DNA of 20,000 nucleotides from the IMG/VR virus record IMGVR_UViG_3300011008_002732, one strand, 5' to 3'. Below the pieces are notes generated by a model. It ran no database searches and was not told the origin of the DNA. It saw only the letters and a list, made by a program, of their open reading frames with translations. The DNA is from an uncultured virus (IMG/VR IMGVR_UViG_3300011008_002732). Its lineage: Duplodnaviria; Heunggongvirae; Uroviricota; Caudoviricetes. This document shows, in pieces, positions 8,022-16,584 of this stretch. Each line of letters starts with the position of its first letter. Position 1 is the first letter of the stretch. The position numbers and the translations under genes were made by a program.

Positions 8022-8269
8022 TTCCTCTTCATCATCTTGTTAAAGAACATCTGTGTGTCCTCTTCGGAAGCCTTGTCGCAGATTTCAACTGGAACTGCAA
8101 AGGCTTCTGCATCTTCCGCATCATTGAAAGCAAGTTCTCCGTCAGTCAAGGCGACTGCAAGGAGGTATGCCTCATCACCAAACTTGTCTGTTGTGTAGCC
8201 ACCCACCATTCCGAGGTGACTTTTGATACCGTCAAGGTAAACAATCGTGCCGAGTGCTTCTTTTTTCAT
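8018..8269 (-). CDS. Small hypothetical protein
   Basis: 83 aa, AAGAGCA-ATG, first gene after promoter 8311-8350. Confidence 0.75.
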   Translation of the reverse strand: MKKEALGTIVYLDGIKSHLGMVGGYTTDKFGDEAYLLAVALTDGELAFNDAEDAEAFAVPVEICDKASEEDTQMFFNKMMKRK

Positions 8270-8310
8270 TGCTCTTCTTCTTTAATTCGTTACTAAATGA
8301 TGTTTCTTAT

Positions 8311-8350
8311 ATTTGATGTAAAGGTAGTCATTTTTTTGCTTTTGACCAAA
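8311..8350 (-). promoter_or_regulatory. Bacteroidetes-type promoter, copy 2
   Basis: TTTG (8350-8347), 20 nt, TACCTTTA (8326-8319); 29 bp identical to 1653-1681. Confidence 0.75.
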
Positions 8351-8396
8351 GGAAAAACCATGTATTTTCAGCGTAACATTCTGATTTTCAATAAGT

Positions 8397-9143
8397 TTAA
8401 CTTTTACTTTCAGAGATCTGCTCCACATGCTGTTTCACATACTCTTCGGGGGTAACGATCGTATGCTTCATCAGAGTCTTACGCATCGTTTCCTGCGTTG
8501 ACCTGTCGAGGTTGTAAACGTTATGGATAATCTCATTGCACATTTTCACAAGAGACTCCACAGACAAGGGCGAAGGCTGTCCCTTCTTCTTTGGTCTTGC
8601 AAGGGCCTTGGCAGGGTTCTCCAGCAATTCCTTGGTGAAGTTCTTCGGTTCGCCATGCATCTTCACATACTCCTCGTAGGTGATGGCATTCTTCCTATCC
8701 CTCTCACGCTGCTCGTCTCGAAGCTGCCGTTCCCTCTCATCGTAGGCATAGCAGCGTTCCTTGCAGAACTCCCTCAGAGACGTAGTGATAATCAGAGGGT
8801 CTATGCTTCCGTAGAACCTGCCGTACCTCCCGGACTTGAACCGATGGAAGAATAGCATCAGTTCAGACACCTTCAGATAACAGAAGTCCGTTGCTATCAC
8901 GCTGGCACATTCCTCCAGCGGTTTGCCCTGCAACTTCTCCCTTGCACCGCAATACTCCGAGAGGTTGTAGAGTTGGGGAACCAGCCACATCGTGGCGGTC
9001 ATTTCACCGTAGGTCATGTTCAGTTCCGAAAGGACAGGGGCATCACCGAAGTAGCACAGTTCCGCGTCCTTGCACACCTTCATCTGCAGGTCTGGATTGA
9101 ACAGCGTAAGGAACTTCGTCCTGTCACCGTATCGGGTTATCAT
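8397..9143 (-). CDS. Putative helicase loader/inhibitor-like protein (DUF6633-like)
   Basis: Follows the initiator; YLKVSELMLFFHRFKSGRYGRFYGSIDP motif; start could be 9143 or as far as 9227. Confidence 0.6.
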   Translation of the reverse strand: MITRYGDRTKFLTLFNPDLQMKVCKDAELCYFGDAPVLSELNMTYGEMTATMWLVPQLYNLSEYCGAREKLQGKPLEECASVIATDFCYLKVSELMLFFHRFKSGRYGRFYGSIDPLIITTSLREFCKERCYAYDERERQLRDEQRERDRKNAITYEEYVKMHGEPKNFTKELLENPAKALARPKKKGQPSPLSVESLVKMCNEIIHNVYNLDRSTQETMRKTLMKHTIVTPEEYVKQHVEQISESKS

Positions 9144-10107
9144 CGCTTCCTTCTTGCGCTGCAAGTCGGGCGATAATGCTGGCTGCGTCTGCGGCACGAG
9201 CCTCCTTGTTAGACTTATTAACCCCATTGCTATTTCCGTTTGTGATAGCAGCCCTTGCCTGGGCCACCACCTCGTTATACTTTCCGTTTATACTTGTCAC
9301 GCTGAAGTTCTTCAGCAGCCACGGGTCTGTGATGGAGTTGAGGAATGCCGTCAATGCTTTCAGCACGTCCTCTTCCTCCACGCTCATGCCCTTCTGCTTG
9401 CGTGAGTGGATAATCTTCTTCGTGAGTGCATCCATTGCTGCCGCGTCCTTTGCCTGCCAGTAGTACACCCCGCCATCGAACAAGTCCGAATACCGCTTCT
9501 CGAAGATTTCCCTGCCTTTGGTGATAAGGGGGTTGACCTCCTTCTTCTTTGAGGGTTTCTTCTCCACCGGCTTCTGATCCTGCGCGTCAAGCCGTTCCTT
9601 CAGTTCGGACAACTGTTCTTGCATCTGTAGAAGGAGTTTCATGGGTTCCCCACCCAAGCCGACGTCGCAATTTTGCGACTCGGCCTTTATATTATTATCT
9701 TCTTCTTTTAGTCTTCTTATAAGATGCTCGTTTGCCTGCCCGTTTGGTGTCTCATTTGCTGACTCGTTTGTTGACTCGTTTTGCTGATACTTCTCATAGT
9801 TTATGATTGAGATACAGCCGATTACATTGTTTTTCTGTACGCTCACTCTCTTGTCCGACACGAGGTACGAGATAAACCTCTCTACCTTTCCGCGACTCCA
9901 TTTCCACCGCTCGGCCAGTTCAAGGGTGCCCTTATAGACACATCCTCTCTTGGCCTTCACTCTGATACCTCTGACAAAAAACTCGCTCGGGGCAAAGTAC
10001 GCTAACAGGATGAGGTCACACCAAGCCTGCCATTTCGTGAACGGCTCCTTGAGATAGAGGGGGTCGTTCAGCGACGAGCGGTACAACTTGATATATCCTG
10101 TTGCCAT
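9124..10107 (-). CDS. Phage replication initiator / replisome organizer
   Basis: MATGYIKLYR...FTKWQAWCDLILLA...LAERWKWSRGKVERFI...ISIINYEKYQ winged-helix N-terminus; internal iterons; start reassigned to ATG 10107. Confidence 0.8.
   Translation of the reverse strand: MATGYIKLYRSSLNDPLYLKEPFTKWQAWCDLILLAYFAPSEFFVRGIRVKAKRGCVYKGTLELAERWKWSRGKVERFISYLVSDKRVSVQKNNVIGCISIINYEKYQQNESTNESANETPNGQANEHLIRRLKEEDNNIKAESQNCDVGLGGEPMKLLLQMQEQLSELKERLDAQDQKPVEKKPSKKKEVNPLITKGREIFEKRYSDLFDGGVYYWQAKDAAAMDALTKKIIHSRKQKGMSVEEEDVLKALTAFLNSITDPWLLKNFSVTSINGKYNEVVAQARAAITNGNSNGVNKSNKEARAADAASIIARLAAQEGSDDNPIR
9664..9782. repeat. Putative replication origin: five 12-bp-period iterons, AT-rich tract and inverted repeat
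   Basis: gctcgtttg 9726, gcccgtttg 9738, tctcatttg 9750, actcgtttg 9762, actcgtttt 9774; AT-rich 9686-9724; gtcgcaa-tt-ttgcgac 9664-9679. Confidence 0.7.
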
Positions 10108-10121
10108 ATTAACAAAACATA

Positions 10122-10229
10122 GGTCCCAAACAGCCAACCTCTCTGCGTTCGCAGGTGACATTAGAAGTCGGTCTGATTGGAACCCGTAATTTCTCTTGAA
10201 CACTATCTGCAAATGTCACTAAGCAGATA
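10122..10229 (-). ncRNA. Structured RNA leader with probable pseudoknot upstream of the initiator
   Basis: 7-bp hairpin with loop GUGACAUU; about 20-bp stem with G-U pairs enclosing AAUGUCAC and a CUGC-GAAC-GCAG hairpin. Confidence 0.65.
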
Positions 10230-10244
10230 TTTTGATTTCTTGTG

Positions 10245-10272
10245 CAAAGGTACAAAAAATGATTGAAACAAA
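10245..10272 (-). promoter_or_regulatory. Bacteroidetes-type promoter for the replication genes
   Basis: Consensus -7 box TACCTTTG (10252-10245); upstream TTTG at shorter than usual spacing (16 nt). Confidence 0.65.
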
Positions 10273-10313
10273 CGCACATTTTCACGAAAAATCGCATGGT
10301 TGCTAACATTTTT

Positions 10314-10808
10314 TCAGATTTTCACTGTTATACCTTTCTCTGCACTCAGTCTTTTCACCTCATTGGTGAAGTAGTCTATCTTTTCCTGTAACTCGAAGTC
10401 CAGCCAGTGCTTCTGTGACCTGGCCATCATTTCAAGCCTGTTTATCCTGTCGAGTCCAATCTTCTCGACCAAGTTCCTGCGGTAGCCTATCAAGTGGTCT
10501 GCACTAGCCCTGTTGCAGGCACGGCATTCCATGTGGCAGTTGTCCGGCTCCCACCGCGTCGCCATGTGGGTGCGCGAATGGTAGTGGCCGCAATCGCCCT
10601 GCTCGAAACGCTTTATCTGTCCGCAACTAATACATCTGAAGCATCCGTTGGGCATTGCGTCTCTGAGGCGAATGTACGCGCTGAACACCTTGTCAAGTTT
10701 CTTGCTGAGGTCGGCCGGCTTCCTGCCAGCCTGCTTCTTGGCCTTCGGGAAGAGGTCTTGCTCTGCAGACTTCTTCTTTGGCTTGCGTTTCATGTACCAC
10801 GGGAACAT
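10314..10808 (-). CDS. ninG: NinG/Rap-like recombination endonuclease
   Basis: LDKVFSAYIRLRD...CISCG...DCGHYHSR...TRWEPDNCHMECRACN. Confidence 0.85.
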   Translation of the reverse strand: MFPWYMKRKPKKKSAEQDLFPKAKKQAGRKPADLSKKLDKVFSAYIRLRDAMPNGCFRCISCGQIKRFEQGDCGHYHSRTHMATRWEPDNCHMECRACNRASADHLIGYRRNLVEKIGLDRINRLEMMARSQKHWLDFELQEKIDYFTNEVKRLSAEKGITVKI

Positions 10809-10809
10809 A

Positions 10810-11142
10810 CTACTCGAACTTTGTTTCGACAATAATCAGCGGCTCCATGGATAGCAGGAACTTAACCTCACAACCGATGGCGACGGCCACATTGAAATCC
10901 TGTGTGCATCCTGCGCTGTGGTTCCACTTGGGCAGCAGGAGGATGGTGTCACACTCACAGAGCATCTTGAAATCGACTCGCATATGCTCATGGGTGGTGG
11001 CATCCTTCGGCAATCCGTTGAACATGGGGTTGAACACTTCATATCCTTGCTTCTCCAACATCTGCTGGATGGTGAGGAATGTTTGCTTCCTCTCGGAATA
11101 GTCATAATGGCTTATAGGACCGCTGATATAAATTCTCTTCAC
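10810..11142 (-). CDS. DUF4406 / nucleoside deoxyribosyltransferase-like protein
   Basis: IYISGPIS...GYEVFNP...MRVDFKMLCECDTILLLPKWNHSAGC. Confidence 0.8.
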   Translation of the reverse strand: MKRIYISGPISHYDYSERKQTFLTIQQMLEKQGYEVFNPMFNGLPKDATTHEHMRVDFKMLCECDTILLLPKWNHSAGCTQDFNVAVAIGCEVKFLLSMEPLIIVETKFE

Positions 11143-11147
11143 CTTCT

Positions 11148-12323
11148 TTAGAAATTGATATTAGTAAGCTGTCTGCCTCTCGATGTAACAATCCATTTGG
11201 AAGAACGGGGGGGGCACTCGATACGCAGGTCAGCAACATTCCCGAACCTTCTGAACGACCCTCCAAGGTCAATGACCCATCCTTCCTTGCCCTTGCACGG
11301 GCGAATGGCTCTTCCCACCATCTGATAGTACAGGGCCAGCGACTTCGTTGGTCTTCCAAGGATAATCGTATCTAACTCCGGGTAGTCGAAGCCTGTTGTG
11401 AGGGTTCCCACGTTAGCCACGACCTTGATGCGCCCGGCCTTGAAGTTCTCAAGTATCGCCTCTCGCTCCTTCTTCGGTGTCTCACCTGTCACGATTGCGG
11501 ACTTGATGCCCTTCACACCCAGTTTCTCAACCAGTTCCCCTGCCTCCTCGATGAAGCGCGTGAACACCAGCACACCATTCCTCGGGACACCGCTCTTCGG
11601 CTTTAGCACTCTGAGCGTGGTGGTGGTCAGTTTGTCATAGAAACCGCTTCGCTCATACTCTTCCTTCAGACTCTTCTCGTCATAGTCGGCACCAGTAGAG
11701 TTGCTTTTCACCATTTCGAGGTTGATGGCCGTGAGGTCATAATAACTCAAGTCGGCAAGGAAGCCCTTGGCCAATAGTTCTCCGACTTGGCAGTAGTACA
11801 GCACCCTGTCGAATATCCTCGGACGTGTGCGAGTGAGGAACTTCAGCATCGACATACCATCCGAACCTCTGCCGAGGCGATATGGGGTTGCAGTTAAACC
11901 TACCACCTTCCTTGGAACGGCATGCAGAAACTTCTCATACTGACCCTCCTTGCTATTTACTCCATGGCATTCATCAATCATAACGTTTCTGAAATGGGCG
12001 AAGTCATCCATATGGTTCATCACGCTTCCTATGGTGGCAAAGGTAATCCTATTTATCTCCTTGCGACCTACCGACGCAGAATATATAGAACAGTCCCAGC
12101 AACCGTAACTCTGCAATTTGGCGAAGTTCTGCTCCAGTATTTCCTTGGAAGGTTGCAGGATAAGCAACGGGCCATCAATCCTGTGTGCTATGTCAGCAAT
12201 CACCAGGCTCTTGCCCGCGCCAGTAGGGAGGATGAGTAACCCGTTACTCTCCCTCTTACTGGCGAAGGCCTCCACGGCCGCGTCACTCGCTGCTTTCTGA
12301 TATGACCTAAGAACGTACCCCAT
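11148..12323 (-). CDS. SF2 DEAD/DEAH-box helicase (RadD/YejH-like)
   Basis: LRSYQ, PTGAGKS, DECH, GLTATP, LTTGFD, QMVGRAIR. Confidence 0.93.
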   Translation of the reverse strand: MGYVLRSYQKAASDAAVEAFASKRESNGLLILPTGAGKSLVIADIAHRIDGPLLILQPSKEILEQNFAKLQSYGCWDCSIYSASVGRKEINRITFATIGSVMNHMDDFAHFRNVMIDECHGVNSKEGQYEKFLHAVPRKVVGLTATPYRLGRGSDGMSMLKFLTRTRPRIFDRVLYYCQVGELLAKGFLADLSYYDLTAINLEMVKSNSTGADYDEKSLKEEYERSGFYDKLTTTTLRVLKPKSGVPRNGVLVFTRFIEEAGELVEKLGVKGIKSAIVTGETPKKEREAILENFKAGRIKVVANVGTLTTGFDYPELDTIILGRPTKSLALYYQMVGRAIRPCKGKEGWVIDLGGSFRRFGNVADLRIECPPRSSKWIVTSRGRQLTNINF

Positions 12324-13048
12324 TACTCGTCCTCCTCATCGTCATTCTCCCAAGGGTCTGTAGCATCGTCGGGGTTGTCACCTCCTTCGTCACCAAAGGG
12401 GAGTTCGTTCCCATCGTTGTCCTTGCCTTCATCGTTCTTCTCCTCCGGCTTCGGTGCCTCTGGGAACTCCAGCCCGAACAACTCCAGCATGGCCTCTCGG
12501 TTCTTCTCCTCGTTGGCCCACAACTCATGATGGTCATACACCTCGAAAGCCTTGGCCAGCACGAACACCTTCTTGTTCTTGTCGTAGGTGTAGATGGCAT
12601 AGTAGCCAGCAAGGGCGATGCAGAAGGTCTCTTTCGACGAGAGGGCGACCTCGCGCGTTCCGGCCTTTACCTCGGCAGCATAATTGGCCACTTCGGCAAG
12701 GATGGAGTCGTATGCCTGTTCGGCACGCTTCTTCATGGCCTTGATTTCCTCCAGCGTTTCCTCAAGGTTGAGTTTGCGCTTGGGCACCTCGTTCTCCTGC
12801 ATCACGCAGTATTCCTCTCGGATATTGCGGATTTCAAACTCGTCCAGCTTGCGCATGACGGTCTCACCGCTGGGGAAGGTGGCGACGAAGTTATCGCCCA
12901 CGAACTTGATAACCTCCGCTGAGTTCTTGAACTTCTTGCCGCCCTTGGCCTTTGAGAAATCCAGTTCTGCGGGGAACAACTCTTTCACATAGTCGGAGAG
13001 TACATACTCCACTTCTTTAGGCTCGTAGCCTTTCAAATCTGCGTACAT
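12323..13048 (-). CDS. Hypothetical protein with coiled coil and acidic tail
   Basis: Likely start MYADLKG (13048); tail ...DGNELPFGDEGGD...ENDDEEDE. Confidence 0.8.
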   Translation of the reverse strand: MYADLKGYEPKEVEYVLSDYVKELFPAELDFSKAKGGKKFKNSAEVIKFVGDNFVATFPSGETVMRKLDEFEIRNIREEYCVMQENEVPKRKLNLEETLEEIKAMKKRAEQAYDSILAEVANYAAEVKAGTREVALSSKETFCIALAGYYAIYTYDKNKKVFVLAKAFEVYDHHELWANEEKNREAMLELFGLEFPEAPKPEEKNDEGKDNDGNELPFGDEGGDNPDDATDPWENDDEEDE

Positions 13049-13071
13049 TTGATTACAATTTAGATGGTGAA

Positions 13072-13494
13072 TTACTTGTTGCGGATGCGCTCCCACAGGG
13101 AACGGCTCTCCAGTCTCTTGATAGTCTCTCTGAGGTCGTCAATGACCTTCTCACGCTCTGCGGCCTGTTTGATGAGGTTGTCAAGCTGCTCCTTCTTCTG
13201 CTTCTCCAGTTCCTCGTCAAAGAGGCCCTGCTTGAAGTGCTCCTCGACCTCGGCCTTCACGTCGTCAAAGCCGGCATACTCCTTCTTGTCGCTGACAAGG
13301 AAAGGAATAAAGGGGTGCTTCTTTACGCTGATGCAGCGCACCTTGCCCTCCTTGGCCATCTTCTCAATTTCGGCCTCATGGTCTTCCTTGACCTTGGCCA
13401 ACTCCTGTTCAAGAGCATCGATACGTGCGCTCTTGCTGCTGATGCTGCTCTGAAGAGCATCATACGTTGTCAGTTCTAATCTAACTTCTTGCAT
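13072..13494 (-). CDS. Coiled-coil hypothetical protein
   Basis: 140 aa, heptad-rich, ends RSLWERIRNK. Confidence 0.75.
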   Translation of the reverse strand: MQEVRLELTTYDALQSSISSKSARIDALEQELAKVKEDHEAEIEKMAKEGKVRCISVKKHPFIPFLVSDKKEYAGFDDVKAEVEEHFKQGLFDEELEKQKKEQLDNLIKQAAEREKVIDDLRETIKRLESRSLWERIRNK

Positions 13495-13514
13495 TTTACT
13501 TAAACTTTATAGGG

Positions 13515-13970
13515 TTACAAAAATTCTGCATACGCTTCCATCTGTCTCTGGGCCTCGAACAAGGCGTCAGTCTCATTGGGGGATGGAATGTAGAGACCTG
13601 CCACGGCACTTGACCAGTTGCGAAACCGTTCTATCGCCTGTGTCATTTCCGCTGTGTCAAGGTCTCTGCTGCTCCTTAGCCTTACCACCTCCTGGCCCCG
13701 CTTGTTCACCCTCTTGACCTCGAAAATGTCCCTGTTCAGTTTCCGCTTGAAGATGTCCTGCTTCACTTCGTCTATCGAATATCCGAACTCGCTTGCATAG
13801 TAGCCGAGGCATACATGCAGGTAGGCGTTCTGACTGGACGAACGTTGCCTGTGCTTCTTCTTCACCTCGACGATGCCGAGGGGAGCCTTGATGCACTCCT
13901 GGTACACCTTGTTGCAGTAGTCCTTGAACTGCTGGGCTTCGTAGGGGTTGTGGAGGTTGAATACTGCCAT
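13515..13970 (-). CDS. NinB-like recombination protein
   Basis: RSSSQNAYLH...GYSIDEVK...RSSRDLDTAEMTQAIE. Confidence 0.7.
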   Translation of the reverse strand: MAVFNLHNPYEAQQFKDYCNKVYQECIKAPLGIVEVKKKHRQRSSSQNAYLHVCLGYYASEFGYSIDEVKQDIFKRKLNRDIFEVKRVNKRGQEVVRLRSSRDLDTAEMTQAIERFRNWSSAVAGLYIPSPNETDALFEAQRQMEAYAEFL

Positions 13971-13972
13971 AC

Positions 13973-14200
13973 CTATCTCAGAATATAGTTGGCGAAATGC
14001 ACCGGACGGCCAGTGATGCGGCTCGTCGATGTCACGGTCTCAGTAACGATGTCATGACCCTCGTCGCGCAAGTCCTTGATACGTTGCGCAAGTGCATAGC
14101 ATCCGTATTCTCTCAGAGCCGTCAGAGGCTCGATGCTCCCGAAGTTCCTCAGATGAGCAAGTATCATGCTCTTCTGTGTAGGCTTACCGTCTTGTTCCAT
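13973..14200 (-). CDS. Small helix-turn-helix protein (HTH_39-like)
   Basis: TQKSMILAHLRNFGSIEPLTALREYGCYALAQRIKDLRDEGHDI; start reassigned to ATG 14200. Confidence 0.8.
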   Translation of the reverse strand: MEQDGKPTQKSMILAHLRNFGSIEPLTALREYGCYALAQRIKDLRDEGHDIVTETVTSTSRITGRPVHFANYILR

Positions 14201-14204
14201 TGTA

Positions 14205-14684
14205 CTAAAATGGTAAATCATCGGGGTTGTCAACTGGCATACCGTTCTCGTCCACCTGCGGAGGGAACGGCTGCTGTGCTGGCTGTGGAGCATACTGAGG
14301 CTGCTGTGCCGGCTGCTGGTTCGTGGGAGCCGTGCCCGGCTGATAGCCGTTCTGTTGCTGCTGTTGCTGTGCAAGCACAATCTTGAAAGCATTGATGGTG
14401 GTGAAATACTTTATCTCGCCAGTCTGCTGGTCGGGGTACTTCGCACCCTTCAGAGAGAAATCAACCGTCACCTTCTGACCGATCTCGAACTGGTCGATGA
14501 GTGCGCAGTTGTTACCGCCCAACTCGAACTTGGGATGGTTCTCCCACGGTTCACCCGTATCGGGGTTGTACCGAGTGCAGTCAAGGACGAACTCACGTCT
14601 GTAGAACGGCTGGCCACCATTCTTTGGAGTGCGGGCGATGGTCTCGCCCACTAACTCCAACTTACCTGTTATCTGAAATGCCAT
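14205..14684 (-). CDS. DUF3127 single-stranded DNA-binding protein
   Basis: MAFQITGK...RREFVL...GQKVTVDFSLKG...YFTTINAFKI, Q/P-rich linker, DDLPF tail. Confidence 0.85.
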   Translation of the reverse strand: MAFQITGKLELVGETIARTPKNGGQPFYRREFVLDCTRYNPDTGEPWENHPKFELGGNNCALIDQFEIGQKVTVDFSLKGAKYPDQQTGEIKYFTTINAFKIVLAQQQQQQNGYQPGTAPTNQQPAQQPQYAPQPAQQPFPPQVDENGMPVDNPDDLPF

Positions 14685-15618
14685 TTCCGAAGATTTTCTC
14701 GTTAGTAATCTTGTCTCTGTTGTTCTCCAGGAACTCAATCAAGCGTTCACACTGCTGTACGAGCATCATGCGAGCCTGCTCATGGTCGTAGGTGTAAACC
14801 TCCTTGTACTGAGTGCCTGTGATGAGAGGTGTCCTGCCCGAACCGCCCTTCAGAACATAGATGGTGTACTCGAATGACTGCACCTCGTTCATCATGTCCG
14901 ACTCTATGAGCGTGAATGGGTAGGCGTAACGCTGCCACTTCTTCTGAAAGTCGCCAAAGGTGTACCGCTTCGTCGTCTTCGCATCGAACACCTTCATCAT
15001 TCTGAGGTAGTCGATATATCCGTGCAGTTCCACGACACCCTTTGACGTTTCGAGGTTGGCTTTCGTGTAGTACTGGCAGATCGAGCCCTTGAAGTAGTTC
15101 GCTGCCTCCAGACAGAAGTCCTTGTCGAAGAAGAACTCAAAGCCCTCGATGCCCACATAGATGAATGACACTCCAATCTTCGTGAACTCCTCGATGCTCT
15201 GCTCCGGCTTCAGTTCCTCTGGTATCACGTTCTTCCCGAGGACATCAGCCTCATACGACATCTTCTTCAGACGTGCCTCGTACAAGTCCTCGCCATTCCG
15301 TATCGTCTTGATGATAATACCTTCGTTCGAGGGCTTGCACTTCTTCACCAGGCAGTCCACAATCTCGTTGAACGCTGTGCCCTTGCTTGCCGCCTCGGAT
15401 GGCGGTGTGGGCACCTTGTTCACCTTGTCGATGAACTCCTGCTTCAGAAGAGCGTCCACTTCCTCCTCGGAGTAGTGGAACGTCTCTTCTGTCTCATTCC
15501 AGTTGAGGTGCCATGCGCCTGTCTCGTCTTGGTAGAAGAACTCCTCCACCTTGGTATCGACCATGCGCTGAAAGGCATCCAGCAGGGATGGTGAGAAAGC
15601 ATAATTAGGCTGCTGCAT
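14662..15618 (-). CDS. PD-(D/E)XK-like phage exonuclease
   Basis: SPSLL...AASKGTAFN...GYIDYL...VFDAKTT...WQRYAY; lies between the ATPase and the SSB. Confidence 0.7.
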   Translation of the reverse strand: MQQPNYAFSPSLLDAFQRMVDTKVEEFFYQDETGAWHLNWNETEETFHYSEEEVDALLKQEFIDKVNKVPTPPSEAASKGTAFNEIVDCLVKKCKPSNEGIIIKTIRNGEDLYEARLKKMSYEADVLGKNVIPEELKPEQSIEEFTKIGVSFIYVGIEGFEFFFDKDFCLEAANYFKGSICQYYTKANLETSKGVVELHGYIDYLRMMKVFDAKTTKRYTFGDFQKKWQRYAYPFTLIESDMMNEVQSFEYTIYVLKGGSGRTPLITGTQYKEVYTYDHEQARMMLVQQCERLIEFLENNRDKITNEKIFGNGISDNR

Positions 15619-16552
15619 CTTCGTAGGTCTTAGACTTGGCATTCCACTTCAGCTTCAGTTCCTCGACCTTGTTCTTGAACAGGTCACGGGCGCGAACCTT
15701 GCTGTCCCAAATAATCTCGGCCTGGGCGATATTCTTGGCGAACTCGTTGGCTGACTGCGCATCGGTGATGCAAGCGATAGCCTGCTCGATCTCCTCCAGC
15801 AGCTCATTGTAGCGCTTGCGCGTCTCTTCAATCTTCTTGACGTTGGCCTCGTAGTAGCCGAACACCTTCTGAAGGGTGTCGTTCTGCTGAGTCACGTTGC
15901 CGTTGGCATCGACAATGACAGGTATCTTCTGCCATGCAGGGAGGTTGCAGGTGTTCTTGGCATAGAACTTCTCCTGCGGAGTCCAGTACACGGTCCGGTC
16001 GGGGCCGACAGCCTGCACATATCCTACAAGGTCAAGCTCCTTCATGAGGTCGCCTGCGGATGAACCGCCAATCTCCGGACGGACAATCTTCGTCTCTCCA
16101 TCCTTCTCCTCTCGCTCATGTGCTACGAAGACGATGTTCTTGCCCATCATGGCCACTTCTCTGAGGAAGTTTTGGAACATCACCTTACGGGCGCCATAGC
16201 CCTTCAGACTGAGAGAGCCGTCACGCTGCTTCATCTTTGAGTCGTTGCGCATGATGTAGTCGGACATGAAATCCAACATCTTGCCTGCGGTGTCGATAAC
16301 GATGGTCTTGCATTCGACCTCGCCACCCTTCAACTCTTCGAGGGCCTGGAGTGCTTCCTCCCAACTCTTCACTTGCAGCGTCGGACACTGGAACGCTACG
16401 TTTACTCGCTGCACACCTCCGTCGAAGTCGAACAGGACGGGATTGGGTGCACTCAGTGCCATTGTTGACTTGCCGATACCCGGCTGACCATAGACCAGCA
16501 TCTTGATGGTGGTCACGAAATCTAACTCGTTCGGTTTCTTAAATAAACTCAT
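15605..16552 (-). CDS. AAA_24 / Sak4-like ATPase recombinase
   Basis: YGQPGIGKST Walker A, FDFDGG, IVIDT Walker B, FVAHE. Confidence 0.85.
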   Translation of the reverse strand: MSLFKKPNELDFVTTIKMLVYGQPGIGKSTMALSAPNPVLFDFDGGVQRVNVAFQCPTLQVKSWEEALQALEELKGGEVECKTIVIDTAGKMLDFMSDYIMRNDSKMKQRDGSLSLKGYGARKVMFQNFLREVAMMGKNIVFVAHEREEKDGETKIVRPEIGGSSAGDLMKELDLVGYVQAVGPDRTVYWTPQEKFYAKNTCNLPAWQKIPVIVDANGNVTQQNDTLQKVFGYYEANVKKIEETRKRYNELLEEIEQAIACITDAQSANEFAKNIAQAEIIWDSKVRARDLFKNKVEELKLKWNAKSKTYEDAAA

Positions 16553-16584
16553 TGCTCTTGAATTTGGATTGATTAAACATATAG

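Noticed and set aside
9726..9782. Mini-CRISPR or mini-array
   Set aside because: 12-bp period with no spacers, inside a CDS; better explained as iterons
10108..10212. N-terminal extension of the initiator given in the ORF track
   Set aside because: Runs through the structured leader from a TTG; the family-typical N-terminus begins at ATG 10107
10122..10229. Pistol-type self-cleaving ribozyme
   Set aside because: The topology is similar (hairpin loop pairing with a junction strand), but the conserved junction nucleotides and GU cleavage linker are absent
14270..14372. CAG/CAA-rich repeats
   Set aside because: Encode the ordinary Q/P-rich SSB linker; not a CRISPR or satellite
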